Shown here: positions 50,701-62,450 of the stretch, piece after piece
How the letters are laid out: each line of letters starts with the position of its first letter
How positions within the stretch are numbered: position 1 is the first letter of the stretch
NCBI GenBank assembly: GCA_013239625.1
Contig: MU053652.1
Span: 868,001 to 932,000, forward strand
Direction: 5' to 3'
Length of the DNA: 64,000 nucleotides
Source of the DNA: Lama guanicoe
Taxonomy: Eukaryota
Notes under the pieces: generated by a model
The model's database searches: none
Seen by the model: the letters and a program-made list of their open reading frames with translations, nothing else
What the model was told of the DNA's origin: nothing
Program-made: the position numbers and the translations under genes

Positions 50701-51589
50701 TTTCTGAGTCTTCTGGATTGGTTTTCCTTAATTATTTCCTTTCAAATATCTGGAGGGGGAGGGTCCATGAGGAAATACTAACATTTATGGACCATGAGTT
50801 AGGTGTTTTGTGTGCACTTTGTACACACTCTTTCATTCAATTATTCCATCTTTTTGATACCAAAGGATCTTAAGAGCCAAAAAGAGAAAAAGCCATATAT
50901 GTGAGTAATATAATGCTTTTAACAAGGGAGGAAGGAGAGAAGATATGAATAAAGTAGTAGTCACTCTCGAGTTCCTAAAACAGAACAGTGTGTTGCTGTG
51001 GTGTCACTTAGAAATTCCAAGCTGTTCACATGAATGATGGTCAAGTACTATACCAAGTCTGATGCACAAGGCTAAATAAAGCTCTTTGATTCATCCTTCC
51101 TTTTAAGCTATTGTACTATTACTCTCCTTCAGTTGACTGATAACCTTCTTAATGTATTTTACTCTACCTCACATACCATATATTGCTTCCCTCCTACAAC
51201 TTAAATTTAAACCTTGCTTCTAAAGCCAAAACTCCATCCTTGGAGAATATTAATGAGCTGATTACCAAATAAAAGGTTTCGTTGTTTTTATTTATTCTCC
51301 CTCTCTGCAACATCTGACAGACAACCCTTTGTTTACAAACCTTACTTGGTATCTGTACTAATGATTCCTCAACTTGTATCTTTCTGACCAATCTTTATTT
51401 CCTGTTTCTCATATCTACTTGCTTCACTTGTGTCATGTCCTTCTTTTTTTCATTCTTTAAAAAGTAAAATGAAAAAAATACAGCTAAAGCCCCACTCTCC
51501 CATCTCTTCCCATTTTTTATACCTTGATTATACACATTTTGAGAAACAATACATAGTAAAATTCTGTATGATTGAAAAATGTATATACA

Positions 51590-52378
51590 ATCAATAAACA
51601 CATGAAAAAATGATCAACATCATTAGCTGTCAGGAAAATGCAAATCAAAACCACAATGAGATGCTGCTTCACACCCACTAGAATGTTTATAATAAAAAAA
51701 ATGGAGAGTAAAAAGCGTCAGCAAGGATATGCAGAAAGTGAAACCATCATACACTGCTGGTGGGAATGTAAAAGGATGCAGTCACTTTGGAAAACAATTT
51801 GGTAGGTCCAACATAGTTTAGTTCCATATATTCCAGCAACTCCACTCCCAGGTACATATTCAAGAGAAATAAAAGCATATATCCATACACAAACTTCTAC
51901 AGAATATTCATATGGGGATTCAAAATAGCCAGAAAGTGGACATAACCCAAACTCCCATGAATTGATGAATGGATAAATAAAATGTGGCATATTCATACAA
52001 TGGAGTAGTATTTGGCAGTAAAAAGAAATGAAGGACTAATGCATGCTGTACCATGGATGAAACTTGAAAACATATCTGAAAGAAACCAGCACACACATAC
52101 ACAAAAAAAAAAAAATCGTGTGATTTCATCTACATGAAATGTCCATAATAGACAAATTTATAAAGACAGAAAGTAAATTAGTGGATGCCTAGGGCTAGAG
52201 AGGATGGGAGACTTGGGGGTCTGGGAGCTAAGGGTTTCTTTTAAGGGTAATGAAAACGTTCTAAAATTGATCATGCTGATAGACACACAACTATGTGAAT
52301 ATATTAAAAGCCATTGAATTATAAACTTTAAATAGGTGAACTGTATGATATATGAATTATATCTCAATAAGGCTGGTA
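51590..52378 (+). mobile_element. L1MB-like ORF2 C-terminus plus 3' UTR
   Basis: ATGCAAATCAAAACCACAATGAGAT, ACACTGCTGGTGGGAATGTAAAA, GAATTATATCTCAATAAGGCTG. Confidence 0.93.
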
Positions 52379-52599
52379 TATAAATAGTATACATGTATTA
52401 TGTTACAATTATATAATACATATTTTATATACATCTATAACAGTTACATTGTATTACACAAACATAATTGCTCTCTTATAGCTTATTAACTTAGTACTGT
52501 ATTTACTTAGTACAACTAGTTTATTTATCTTAACTGCTCCAATGTGTGGGGAGAAAATTACCCTACATTTATCAACTCCTCTACTTTTTTTTTTCTATA

Positions 52600-53430
52600 T
52601 GAAGTAGTAATACAGTGAACATTCTTGTACGTATCTCCTTGTTTTACATGTGTGACAACTTTCTGGGCTAACCCTAAGAGTAGAATGGCTGAGTTGCAAA
52701 AATGCACATCTTCAACTGTTCCAGATACTTCCAGATTGATAGCTAAAAATATTACAGCAATTTATCCCCATCAGTCATGTCCAAGAGTTCCTGTTTCTTC
52801 TCATTTTTGCCAGCACTTGGTGTTAGCAAGCTTATTAGGTTTTGCCAATCAATAGGTGTAAAATGGAATCTCACCAGGGTTTTACTTTTCATTTCCTTGA
52901 TTATCAGTAAGTTCGAGCATCTTTCATAATTGGCCATTCAATTTTCTTCCTCTGTGAATTGCCTAGTCATGTCCTCTGCCCATTTTCTATTGAGTAGTTT
53001 GTCTTTTTCTTTCTGTTTTATATGACTTCTTCTGAACTCTGGATACTTATTTTTGATCACATAGAAGAGTTGCAAATATGTACCCCCAGTCTATGGTCTG
53101 TCTTTCAATTTTGTATTTAATGCCTTTTGATACAGTGAGGCTTTTTATGCTAATGTATTCCAAGTGTCAGTCTTTTCTTTTAGGGCTTGTGACTTTTATG
53201 TCTTGTTTAAGGAATTCTTTCCCACCACAATGCCATGAAAATATGCACTGTATGTTCTCCTAGGAAAGTTTTGGAGTTTTGCTTTTCACATGGAGACTTA
53301 TAACTCATTTGGAATTTATTTTTCTGTATGATATGAGGTTGATGTTTAATTTTAATTTTTTATATAGCTAGATAACAGCTCTAGATTCATTTATTTTTAT
53401 CAAATCCATTCTTACTCCCACTAATCAGTA
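52600..53430 (-). mobile_element. Old L1 (L1ME-like) ORF2 C-terminal remnant
   Basis: ORF 52752-52937 CSNLLIIKEMKSKTLVRFHFTPI resembles ORF2p CSSSLAIREMQIKTTMRYHLTPV. Confidence 0.9.
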
Positions 53431-53644
53431 ATGGATACATAACTTTCAAACCTATATGACCTAACTATTTTATAATTACCAATGTAATAACTGATTCAGG
53501 GGAAAATCCAAACTGGATACAAGAACTGTCTGGTAACAGGCTGTTAAGAGGATAAACAAATGGTCCTAAAGTATCACTTTATAGATTGCTTTTTAATTAT
53601 AAAGGAGCTCTGTTTCCTTAAAGTATTTCCTCCAACTCTCTATT

Positions 53645-54295
53645 TCAATCAAGTGATCAAATTCAGCATCACCAGTAACAGAACAAAGAAACATGTACTT
53701 TGGGCAGTGACAAAAGGGAAAGTACACAACATTTCCTTAACTTGTCCCTCAGAGTATGCAGTATTCTTGCCCAAATTTGACCGATTGATCTAATCAGGAG
53801 GAATTAGACAAATCCAGAGGTGGGACATTCTTGTAAAACAACTGGACTGGACTCTTCAAAAATATCAATAAAAACAAAAAAGGTGACAGGACTATTCTAG
53901 ATTAAAGGAAATTCAATAGGCAGGACAATCCTAAACGTAATATACAACCCTTGTGTGGATCCCAGATTACTCTTTAAAGCCCAAAGGAAGATTTTTGGAT
54001 AATTGGAGAAATGTGAATATGGACTGCATACAAATATTACATCAATATTAAATTGTGTGTGATAATGGTATTAAAGCTATGTGAAGGAATGCTCTTATTT
54101 TAAGATAAAGGATGAAATTTTTAGGGTTAAAGTGTCTTGATGTGTGCGACATCATGTTTGTTACAAATACACACATATATATACACATATATGTATTTCG
54201 TATAGACGTGTGTATACATAACATATAATATGTATACATACACAAAGAGATTAAATAAATACGGCCAAGTCATCTTGACTTTGTGAGAATCCAAC
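53645..54295 (+). mobile_element. L1MC/ME-type 3' UTR with internal (TA/CA) microsatellite
   Basis: AATCAAGTGATCAAATTCAGCATCACCAGTAA, GGGACATTCTTGTAAAACAACTGG, TTCTAGATTAAAGGA. Confidence 0.8.
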
Positions 54296-54334
54296 CAAAG
54301 CTGGCACAACACATAATCTTTCATCAACCTACTT

Positions 54335-54720
54335 TCAACGAACATTTATTGAGTACCTATGATGTACCATCAACACCGTTCTGCCTGATGACAGATGAAA
54401 CAGGAATGTAACACCAGCTTTGGTCCAAGGAGGTCACAATGAAAATGGTTAAGACATGAAATTACCTTACTGTATGCAGTCTGAGAAACAGAAATGTATA
54501 CGATATACAGACCAGGAAGTTGATCATTCTTTTTAAGGAATAAGTTATCTAAACAGGAACAATGAAGGCTGAAGAGAAGTTTACCAGGTAGACCAGAGAG
54601 CAGTCAGGGCATATCAGCGAGAACACAGGGGAAGAGGCATGGAGAGCATGAAATGTTCTAGCCTCAGGCACGCACCGTGAGAAGATAAAGGGTGAGAGAT
54701 GGGAGGGAGGTACCACGATA
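54335..54720. mobile_element. L2 3' portion
   Basis: TTCAACGAACATTTATTGAGTACCTATGATGTACCA followed by purine-rich L2-like sequence. Confidence 0.6.
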
Positions 54721-54754
54721 GGGGAGAAGCTGTGACTACTACACTAAGATGTTC

Positions 54755-55017
54755 CAAAGGAGAAAGCAGGCGGAGGGATAAATTAGGCATTTGCGATTAT
54801 CAGATACAAACTACTACATACAAAATAGATAAACAACAAGGTCCTTCTGTATAGCACAGGGAACTACATGCAATAGCTTGTAATAACCTATAATGAAAAA
54901 GAATATGAAAGAGAATGTATCTATATATAATGGAATCACTATGCTGTACACCAGAAACTAACATTACATAGTAAATCAACTATACTTCAATAAAAAATAA
55001 AATTAAATTTAAAAAAG
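54755..55017 (+). mobile_element. Artiodactyl L1 3' UTR
   Basis: GGGATAAATTAGGCATTTGCGATTATCAGATACAAACTAC...ATAGATAAACAACAAGGTCC...TATACTTCAATAAAAAA. Confidence 0.93.
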
Positions 55018-55139
55018 TTCATGAAAGGCAAAGCTGAAAGGTTTCTAGCCAAAAGACAACTATATGTGCAACAAAAGGTGTCTGTGTGTTTGCACACGTG
55101 TCAGTAGTGATGTGATTGTGATTAATTAATCTATTCAAA

Positions 55140-55310
55140 GAAAGTGGCATCTACCGAGCACCAAAATATGTGCCTTACATTATCTCATTTAATCCTCTCA
55201 ACAGCTTCATGATATCTATTTCAATTCCCTCACTTTATAGACCAGAAATCTAAGGCTAAAAGAGACTAATTTCTCAAGGCCACACAGCTGGTGAGAAGCA
55301 AAGCTCCATT
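55140..55310 (-). mobile_element. MIR
   Basis: TACATTATCTCATTTAATCCTCTCAACAGC...CACTTTATAGACCAGAAATCTAAGGCT...CAAGGCCACACAGCTGGT. Confidence 0.8.
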
Positions 55311-55519
55311 TCTCTCCCCCTATTTCATTAGTACCTATTAACTCTTGCTTCATTTGTTCTCTCAGAATTATACTCCTGACTCTCCCCTCTGTGGTCCATA
55401 TGGATGCTAGATCAAACATCCTAATACACGCTTTTAGCATATTACTTCCATGCTCAAATCATTTCAACGGCCCTTTATTACCTACAAGAAAACATCCAAA
55501 TTCTATCTTTAATCTCTAT

Positions 55520-55910
55520 CCTCCAAATTCCCAAACTGGGATTCCCAGAAAACACACTCCGAGACAGAGTTTTAGCATGCTGGATGTTTATTAAGGAGCA
55601 CTATTGGGTTCATACTCACAGTTTCCTTCCAGAGAAGTCATGAAAGCCGAATGGAGCAGAGGAAGATGTCAAGCCACAATAAAGGCCATACAACAGCATC
55701 GGCTGACACGGGAGAGCCAGGGAGCTAGACTGACCCTTGGGAGTTGTCCAGAGTCTGGCCGAGATGGCCCAGCCTTTACACTCCCTCACCACTCAGCCAA
55801 GGCAAGCCAATCCAAAAAGAGGCACGCTGGGCGACAAGGCCCTTTGCAGCATGGGCAGTCTCTGAAGGGTTTGAAGCTAGAGTCCTGGGCACCAAGGTAC
55901 CTGGGCTGAT
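55520..55910 (-). mobile_element. ERVL solo LTR (LTR40-like)
   Basis: GGGATTCCCAGAAAACACACTCCGAGACAGAGTTTTAGCATGCTGGATGTTTATTAAGGAG...GCCCAGCCTTTACACTCCC. Confidence 0.65.
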
Positions 55911-58900
55911 CCACAATTATGAACAGTCCCCTATGTAAAACTCCTCGAAGGCTTCACTGCCCTTCCAACAAAGTTCAAACTCATTAAGCATGGCCCACAA
56001 GTCCCCACAAAGAAACCCAAGTTTATAAAAAATTAAGTCACTTATGCAATACCCCAAAGCCAGCTAAAGTGGTAGAACAAAAAGTCAGGCCTCAGTCTGA
56101 CATCAAAGTCACCTCTGAAGTATCCATGACATTGTCAATAAAATGCCAATGTGACAGTATGGAAGGAGAGTCAAGCTAGGGGTGACTAAAGAAAGACGAT
56201 CTACAGTAACATTTTCCTACGGGCAGTCTTACCATCTATCTAGGTCCCAACAAAATGACTATTAAACAGAGTGAATTAAGAATGTTCCCTGATAACTCCT
56301 TTGGATGTAAGCACTCATCAAAGTGACAAGAAATTTGGTTTTGAAATGACCCAATTACCAGTTTCAGCATAAACCTCCACTGGAGCTTGTAAATCAGAAG
56401 AAAATTCAACGAGCTGCACAAAAGGAAAATCACTGAACTCAACAGAAGGCATCATTCTGAAACAGGCCTTCAGTAGATGGAGCTCTCCCCTCTGAATTGG
56501 TGCTGAACCACAGGGCAGGGAAATCTGAAGAGCTGGAAATACAGTCATTCAGACAAAGGTTCTGAACATTCGCTCTGATTAAAATGCCAATCACCCGTCT
56601 CCTAAGAGCACTGGCATTAACCCTGGTGTGCCAGCCACATTTCAACCCTGAATAATGTTATTATTAAACATGAACCAACAATGCCTTCAGCACCTCTAAG
56701 AAAGAGACAAAGTCCTTGCTGAGTACTTTGTCATCAAACAAGTGTTTCGAGAAAAGACAGCAGAATGACTGTAAACCATTTCTGGATTTTATTTTCATGG
56801 GGAAGAAAGAAACCCTCAAAAGTCTCTCTCCCCTTAAATTTTAACAGGACTTGGGAGTTTACGGAAAAATGTCCTTTACAATTGCTTCTTTTTTCTTATG
56901 GTTGCTGCTGTCATATAAATTAGGCTTATGACCAGGCTCCGTTTTAAGTAAGAGGTTATTTGATTCTATATGTTGGTTTGGGGTTAATATATAATTGTGA
57001 GGTTGCAGGATGGGGCTACCCTCAGATGCTAAAAAAACCTTGTACCTGAACATGGAAAAAGAACCAGACATTACTCCCAAATAAAGATGACAGTATTAAA
57101 ATAACTGATTACAATCAAACAAAAATATGTCTAATCCTCCAAATGCCCCACCACAACACACCACTTTTTTAAATCAGCTAACTAATGCCAGCCCACCAAT
57201 TATTAGCCCAAAAGGCTAAATTCTGAAGTATCTGGCAAATATAAATCACAAGTTGTGCACAGCCTAGGTGCTTTCACAAGGCTTACAGTTAGCTTGCCCA
57301 ACGCAGAACAGCACTATCGTTGGCCAGCAGCCAAGTAACAACCGCTCAAAAGCAACACACCCTACAAACAAGCTCAATGAAAGACAGGTGATTATTAATG
57401 ATTCACTTTAAGATTTGGAGGTCCTACCTCTTCTTTTCAAAGGCTACACTTGGAGGCAAATTGCATCATTAGAGGAACAAAAAACTTGCAACTCAACACG
57501 AAGGACAAAAAATTGCTTTGTTATGATGATTTACTCCACAATTTTTAAAAGGCTGAAGACAGGCAGCAGGTGAGAACACACATTCAAGTATCTCAGTATA
57601 AACACCACTGCGTGAGTTCCAAATAAACTACCACCTTCCACTTGACATTGGGACACAGCTTTTCTAAGCCAGTATACTTTTGTGACCTTGAAGATAAGTT
57701 TCTCATAATCTGATCATAATTTGCACCTTGAGGTACCTTCACTGGGGTATCTGTATGTTGGGATTTTTGTTCAAACAACTTTCTTGAGAATGTCAATTCG
57801 TATTTAGATAGAAAGTAGAGACAAACAAATTGCTATATTTTGCTGATGCTGAGTCTTGAAAACATTAAATCGACAGATACACAATCTGCGATAAGATCTA
57901 GTTAGAATTCTGCACGTGTAAGGATGTGTTCAATGAACTGGTAGAGGTCAGGGAAAGCACAGGAAAAGGGAGATGTCTTTATAACGCGTAAATAACTAAG
58001 CATTTCTATTTAATGACAAGAATTCTCGAGTTTATTTCTAATGACATCTCAAACTATTAAAGATAATTTAATAGGTAAAGTGATTTAACGAGGATCTATC
58101 ATCTGTGGATAGCAGAAAGATGCTTCAATTTTCTTATATTTGATTAACAGTTGTAATAAATGTTTTAAGGCCCTTTCCTTTGTATCCAAAAATGTCTCTA
58201 CAGATAAAAGACATGAAGTGTAACTGCTTTTTACAAAAGTGGGTATGAGTTTACACTAATCCACACACATTCTTTTGCCAATTTCCTTTTGATATAAAAG
58301 ATGGGTATCTTTGAGATGGCTGACCATAAATTATTTACAAATAAATTTATAATTATATTTAAATGTATATATAAATATATGTGTGTGTGTGTATATATAC
58401 ATATATAAAATTTATCATCTATAGCCACAAAAATAGAACAAAGTTAACTGACCCAAAGATCAAAGCACCATCCAATGTAGTGCCAGTTCTAAACTTTAGC
58501 AAAATAAGATGCTGACCTAGTGCAATTTAAGTGGTCTAGATCTACTGATGCCAATGTGGATTTCAGACAATACATTTTACTACCATCCTTTGGGGACTTT
58601 AGATGTACTTATCCAAACAGAAGACAAAGTAAGCCAGCAGACAGATGCCCACGTATGTGCAACATGAAACGCATGTAGAGCCACGTGCAGAGAAGAAATT
58701 CACACACAAATGGGGACACATTCCTCAGTCTAAAGTGCTTTTGATAATCGTACACAAAACTCTAATTTCCCTGATATAATGCTTTCTTCTCTTCCTCCTC
58801 TGATATCCTGTAAGATATAAGTCCTGATAAGGCCCTGAGTTACCCTGAAACACATGCCCAACACATCATGATTCCTGCAGGCTATGTGGTGCTCACGGAC

Positions 58901-60334
58901 ACAAAACCATTTCAAAAGCATACTCACTGTGGTTTAGCCTGGCTGTCTGGGGGTATGGAAAAAATGAAAAGGTGATAAGCAGGCCCAGGGAAAATATAAT
59001 TTCATTTCTTAGCTCAGAAGAGAGACTCCCTGCAAATCTATATGCTTAGTCTCTATGTCTATTTGTAAAACAAGGCTAGTAATTCTGAACATTCTCTTAA
59101 GAACATCATACAGATAGGTGAATTAACAATGAGAAAGAACCAGGAAAATGCAAAATTCTTCTAAAGTGTTAACTGACATCAGGTTTCCCCACAGGTAAGG
59201 CCCAGTAATTTCTAGTTCTTTCATTCCACTCCCCCCTCCCTGGCCCAGTAAAGCTAACTAACCCAGAGCTATGAAGAACAGAGTTATCTCCAAGACTTCT
59301 CAAGCTGGCCAGAAGCAACAGTCTTCAGAACACCAGATCCCTGGGGTAATTAAAACAGAGACAAAAGAAAGAAGGAATTAACTGAATGACCACAGCCTGC
59401 CAAATGAGTAAGGCCGAAGAAGGCGAGTTATGAATATATACGCTCCGCAGTAAGAGAAGTGAACAGGGGTCAGGAGGAGGCTAGAAGAAAGTCACATCCA
59501 CTGCTCTGAGCTAGTGATCTCAAAAAGGGAATAATGGAAATGCTCAGAAAAGCAAAAGCAAATCAGCTCCTCGGGCCATTTCAGGAAACATTCTGAACAT
59601 AAACAAAGAAAGGCAGCCTCCAGCACGTTCTGCGCCTCAGAGCTGGTGATATTCACAGGATGGCCCTGAAGATGGGGAAGCCCTGCACTGAGCTGCAGTG
59701 TGTCACACAGTCCCCACATCTCTCCTGCGCCTGTGCAGTAGGCAGGTTCTGTACCAGGAACGAATGAAGGGAAAGGAAATCTAACAGGGCTAAAATCCTG
59801 CTATTTTAGGCCATCAAAATGGTCACTTTGTAGAAGAAAAAGGAAACCTCACTGAAGTGGCAATAAAGTTTGATCATTCGGTTATTGTATTTTAGCTGCA
59901 CATTTATAAATTTGCTAGTTTATTGTAGTCCCTGATGAGCAAGGCAGAGACACAGCCCGTGAGTGAGAATGACGACAATTTATCTACACACTAACCTACT
60001 GGGAGGTTTATCTGATTTTGATTACACTTCTCTCTTTATGCAGTCACTCGGGATAGCTCCAGTAAGACAAAACTGTCTACATGTGACCATCCTAACAAAG
60101 GCGACCTATGGCGCTTCCAGAGCTTTTGGTCTTTTAAATACAGTGAATATTAAAACATGCAAAGGTCAATGAAAGGAATCATTGATACCTGTCTGACCAT
60201 CTGCTCTTAGCCCCATAGTCCCAGAATCCATGGCTAGTGTCACCAATCTATGAAAACATGCAGAATCCACACATGGTAGACTGCAAACAATGTGGGAAGC
60301 AACACATTGCTTCCAGTGGACATATATTCCAGTG

Positions 60335-60575
60335 GAATATAAAGACTTTGGTGTCAGACTGATTTAGGTTCAAATTCAAGCCTTGCCACTTGGCAGCCAG
60401 GTAGTAAAACATGGATACAAAATTGAAATGTAGGCAAAATGAGATCACAGCGTTTAGAACAAATGAAATCCTAAGTAAGAAGTGCCAGCACTGTACCACC
60501 GCCACCAACATCATCACCACCAGTACCTCTACCATCACCACACCAATTCCATCATCACTACCAATCCCTGCATCA
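60335..60575 (+). mobile_element. MIR followed by degenerate (CAC/CAT)n
   Basis: GACTTTGGTGTCAGACTGATTTAGGTTCAAATTCAAGCCTTGCCACTTGGCAGC; CACCACCAG/CATCAC repeats at 60495-60570. Confidence 0.75.
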
Positions 60576-60693
60576 TAACTGTGTAATTGAGAGGACAAAA
60601 GCAAAGTACATGAGACCGAGTATATATTTAGGAATCAATTGTTAACCATGATCAAATATCAAATATCCTACTAACGTCACATACTAGGACTGT

Positions 60694-60806
60694 TGTTAGA
60701 AGTGGACTCAGTAAAGACAAACACAGAAGCCCAAGGTCAAGGCCTAGTCGAGAAAATGGCCAGAGGAATCCAACTAAAATCTGGGCAAGGAAACTAGTCT
60801 TTGTCA
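60694..60806 (-). mobile_element. Short ERV1 LTR piece (MER31-like 5' end)
   Basis: Reverse complement TGACAAAGACTAGTTTCCTTGCCCAGATTTTAGTTGGATTCCTCTGGCCATTTTCTCGACTAGGCCTTGACCTTGG. Confidence 0.6.
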
Positions 60807-61279
60807 AATCCAAGAGGAAACTCTCCCAGAATGAGGGCAAGGGTAGCTGTCCTGATGAAAGGACACGAGGCTCACTGCACACGGGCTGGGACAAGCACAC
60901 TGGCAGCAGTGGACTGTTCCCTCTCACTCTCTGTCCAAGTTGAAGATTATAACACCACTTTACGTTCCCATAGCATATTACACTTAATAAACCAGTTACA
61001 TTCATTTTTATCAATTGACACTGTCAAATGATGTGACTGTTGCCTAAATGAAGACTTTCTGTACAAGCAGATACAAAACTAAACAAAAGTGAACTGTGAA
61101 AACTGTATTTTATTTATATGCTCTAATTCCAATAATAGGTTTCCATCTCCAAAGTTCCTTCTAGCTATAAAAACTTCACCTTTTGTATTTTATCAATATA
61201 GCAAAGAAATTACAGGAGGCGAAAAGAATCAAAGGAAATTTCAAACAATACATACTCTCTTTTTTACCACTAAATTAAA

Positions 61280-61370
61280 AATAACATATTTAATACTGCT
61301 GAATTACATACTTAAAAATGGTTAAAATGGTATGTTTTCTGTTATGTGTACTTTGCCACAACAAAAGAAA
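61280..61370 (+). mobile_element. L1MB-like 3' terminus
   Basis: TTAATACTGCTGAATTACATACTTAAAAATGGTTAAAATGGT...TGCCACAACAAAA. Confidence 0.8.
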
Positions 61371-61419
61371 CTGAAGGGGGCGGGGGGAAGAATACAGCTG
61401 TGAACAGGAAAGGGAAGCC

Positions 61420-61940
61420 CACAACAGAGGTACCTAATCCTTCCTTGGAGGTTCAGAAACTCCTCCCAAAAAGGTTGACACTAAAGTTGAGACACGAAAG
61501 ATAAATGAAAGTTACCCAGGGAAAGAAAGGTGAGAAAAGGTATTTTAGGCAGAGGATAAGTTAAGTGCGAAAGCTTGGAGGCAGGAAAGAGTAGGACCTC
61601 ATCAAAGAACTACAGTGAAGTGTAAAGCTACCAAGGTGTTCTCAAGGAAGGCCTTGCACGCCACGTGCCAAGGAGTCCAGGCTTAACCTTCAGCATTGGG
61701 ACATTAAAGAATGCAACAGGAAGAGTAAATCAGAACAGACTAGAAGATCAGTTAATAGACCTGGGGGTAGTAAATGACGCCCTGAACTAAAACTGTAGTC
61801 TTGCAGTGACAGAGAAATTAGAAGGTTTTGAGATGTGAAGAGGTGGAACTGTTCAGCTTTAGTGATTACTGTAGGACGTTTCTGATGTGGAGCATCTGGA
61901 ATGGTAATATTTAGAAGTCACTAAGGTAGAGAACACAGCT
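61420..61940. mobile_element. L2 remnant
   Basis: AAGTTGAGACACGAAAGATAAATGAAAGTTACCCAGG...TTTTAGGCAGAGGA...GCGAAAGCTTGGAGGCAGGAAAGAG. Confidence 0.7.
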
Positions 61941-62279
61941 GGCTTAGCACCTAGCACTGAGTTAAGCAAATAAATAATGTTGGCATCACCGTAATGACCA
62001 GTTACAATCCTAGGCCAAATTCATTTCTACAACATTGACAACCCACAGGGAAGTTCAGAACTTGAGTTCTGGGTCAAATGTGATGCCCAGCCCACAATCC
62101 TTCCACGGAGGCAGCAGGATCACAGTAATCAGGGGGAGAAGATACTGAAGAGGCAGAAGTAGTGACCACAGTCCTTCACAGATCACAAGCAGCTCCCCGA
62201 TCTCACAAGATGAGAAGCTCTAAAGGATGGTGCATGTGTGTTTCCCATGAGTAAAAAGAGTTTTCCCTTTTTTCTGAGA

Positions 62280-62450
62280 AATATTAGTGTCTGGCTAGTT
62301 AGGAAATGTGGTCCACACAGCATCGCCATCACCTCAGAGCATGTGAGAAATGCCAATTATTTAGCCCCACCCCAGAACTACTGAATAAATGCCTACAGTT
62401 TAAGAAGGTCAACTGGTGATTCATATGCATGAAAGCTGGAGAAGCACTGA
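62280..62450. mobile_element. MER5-like DNA transposon
   Basis: TGTGGTCCACACAGCATCGCCATCACC...AGAAATGC...GCCCCACCCAGAACTACTGAAT...GGTGATTCATATGCATGAAAGCTGGAGAAGCACTG. Confidence 0.8.

Noticed and set aside
51351..51456. Minus-strand exon candidate with AG/GT ends
   Set aside because: Stop codons in all three frames
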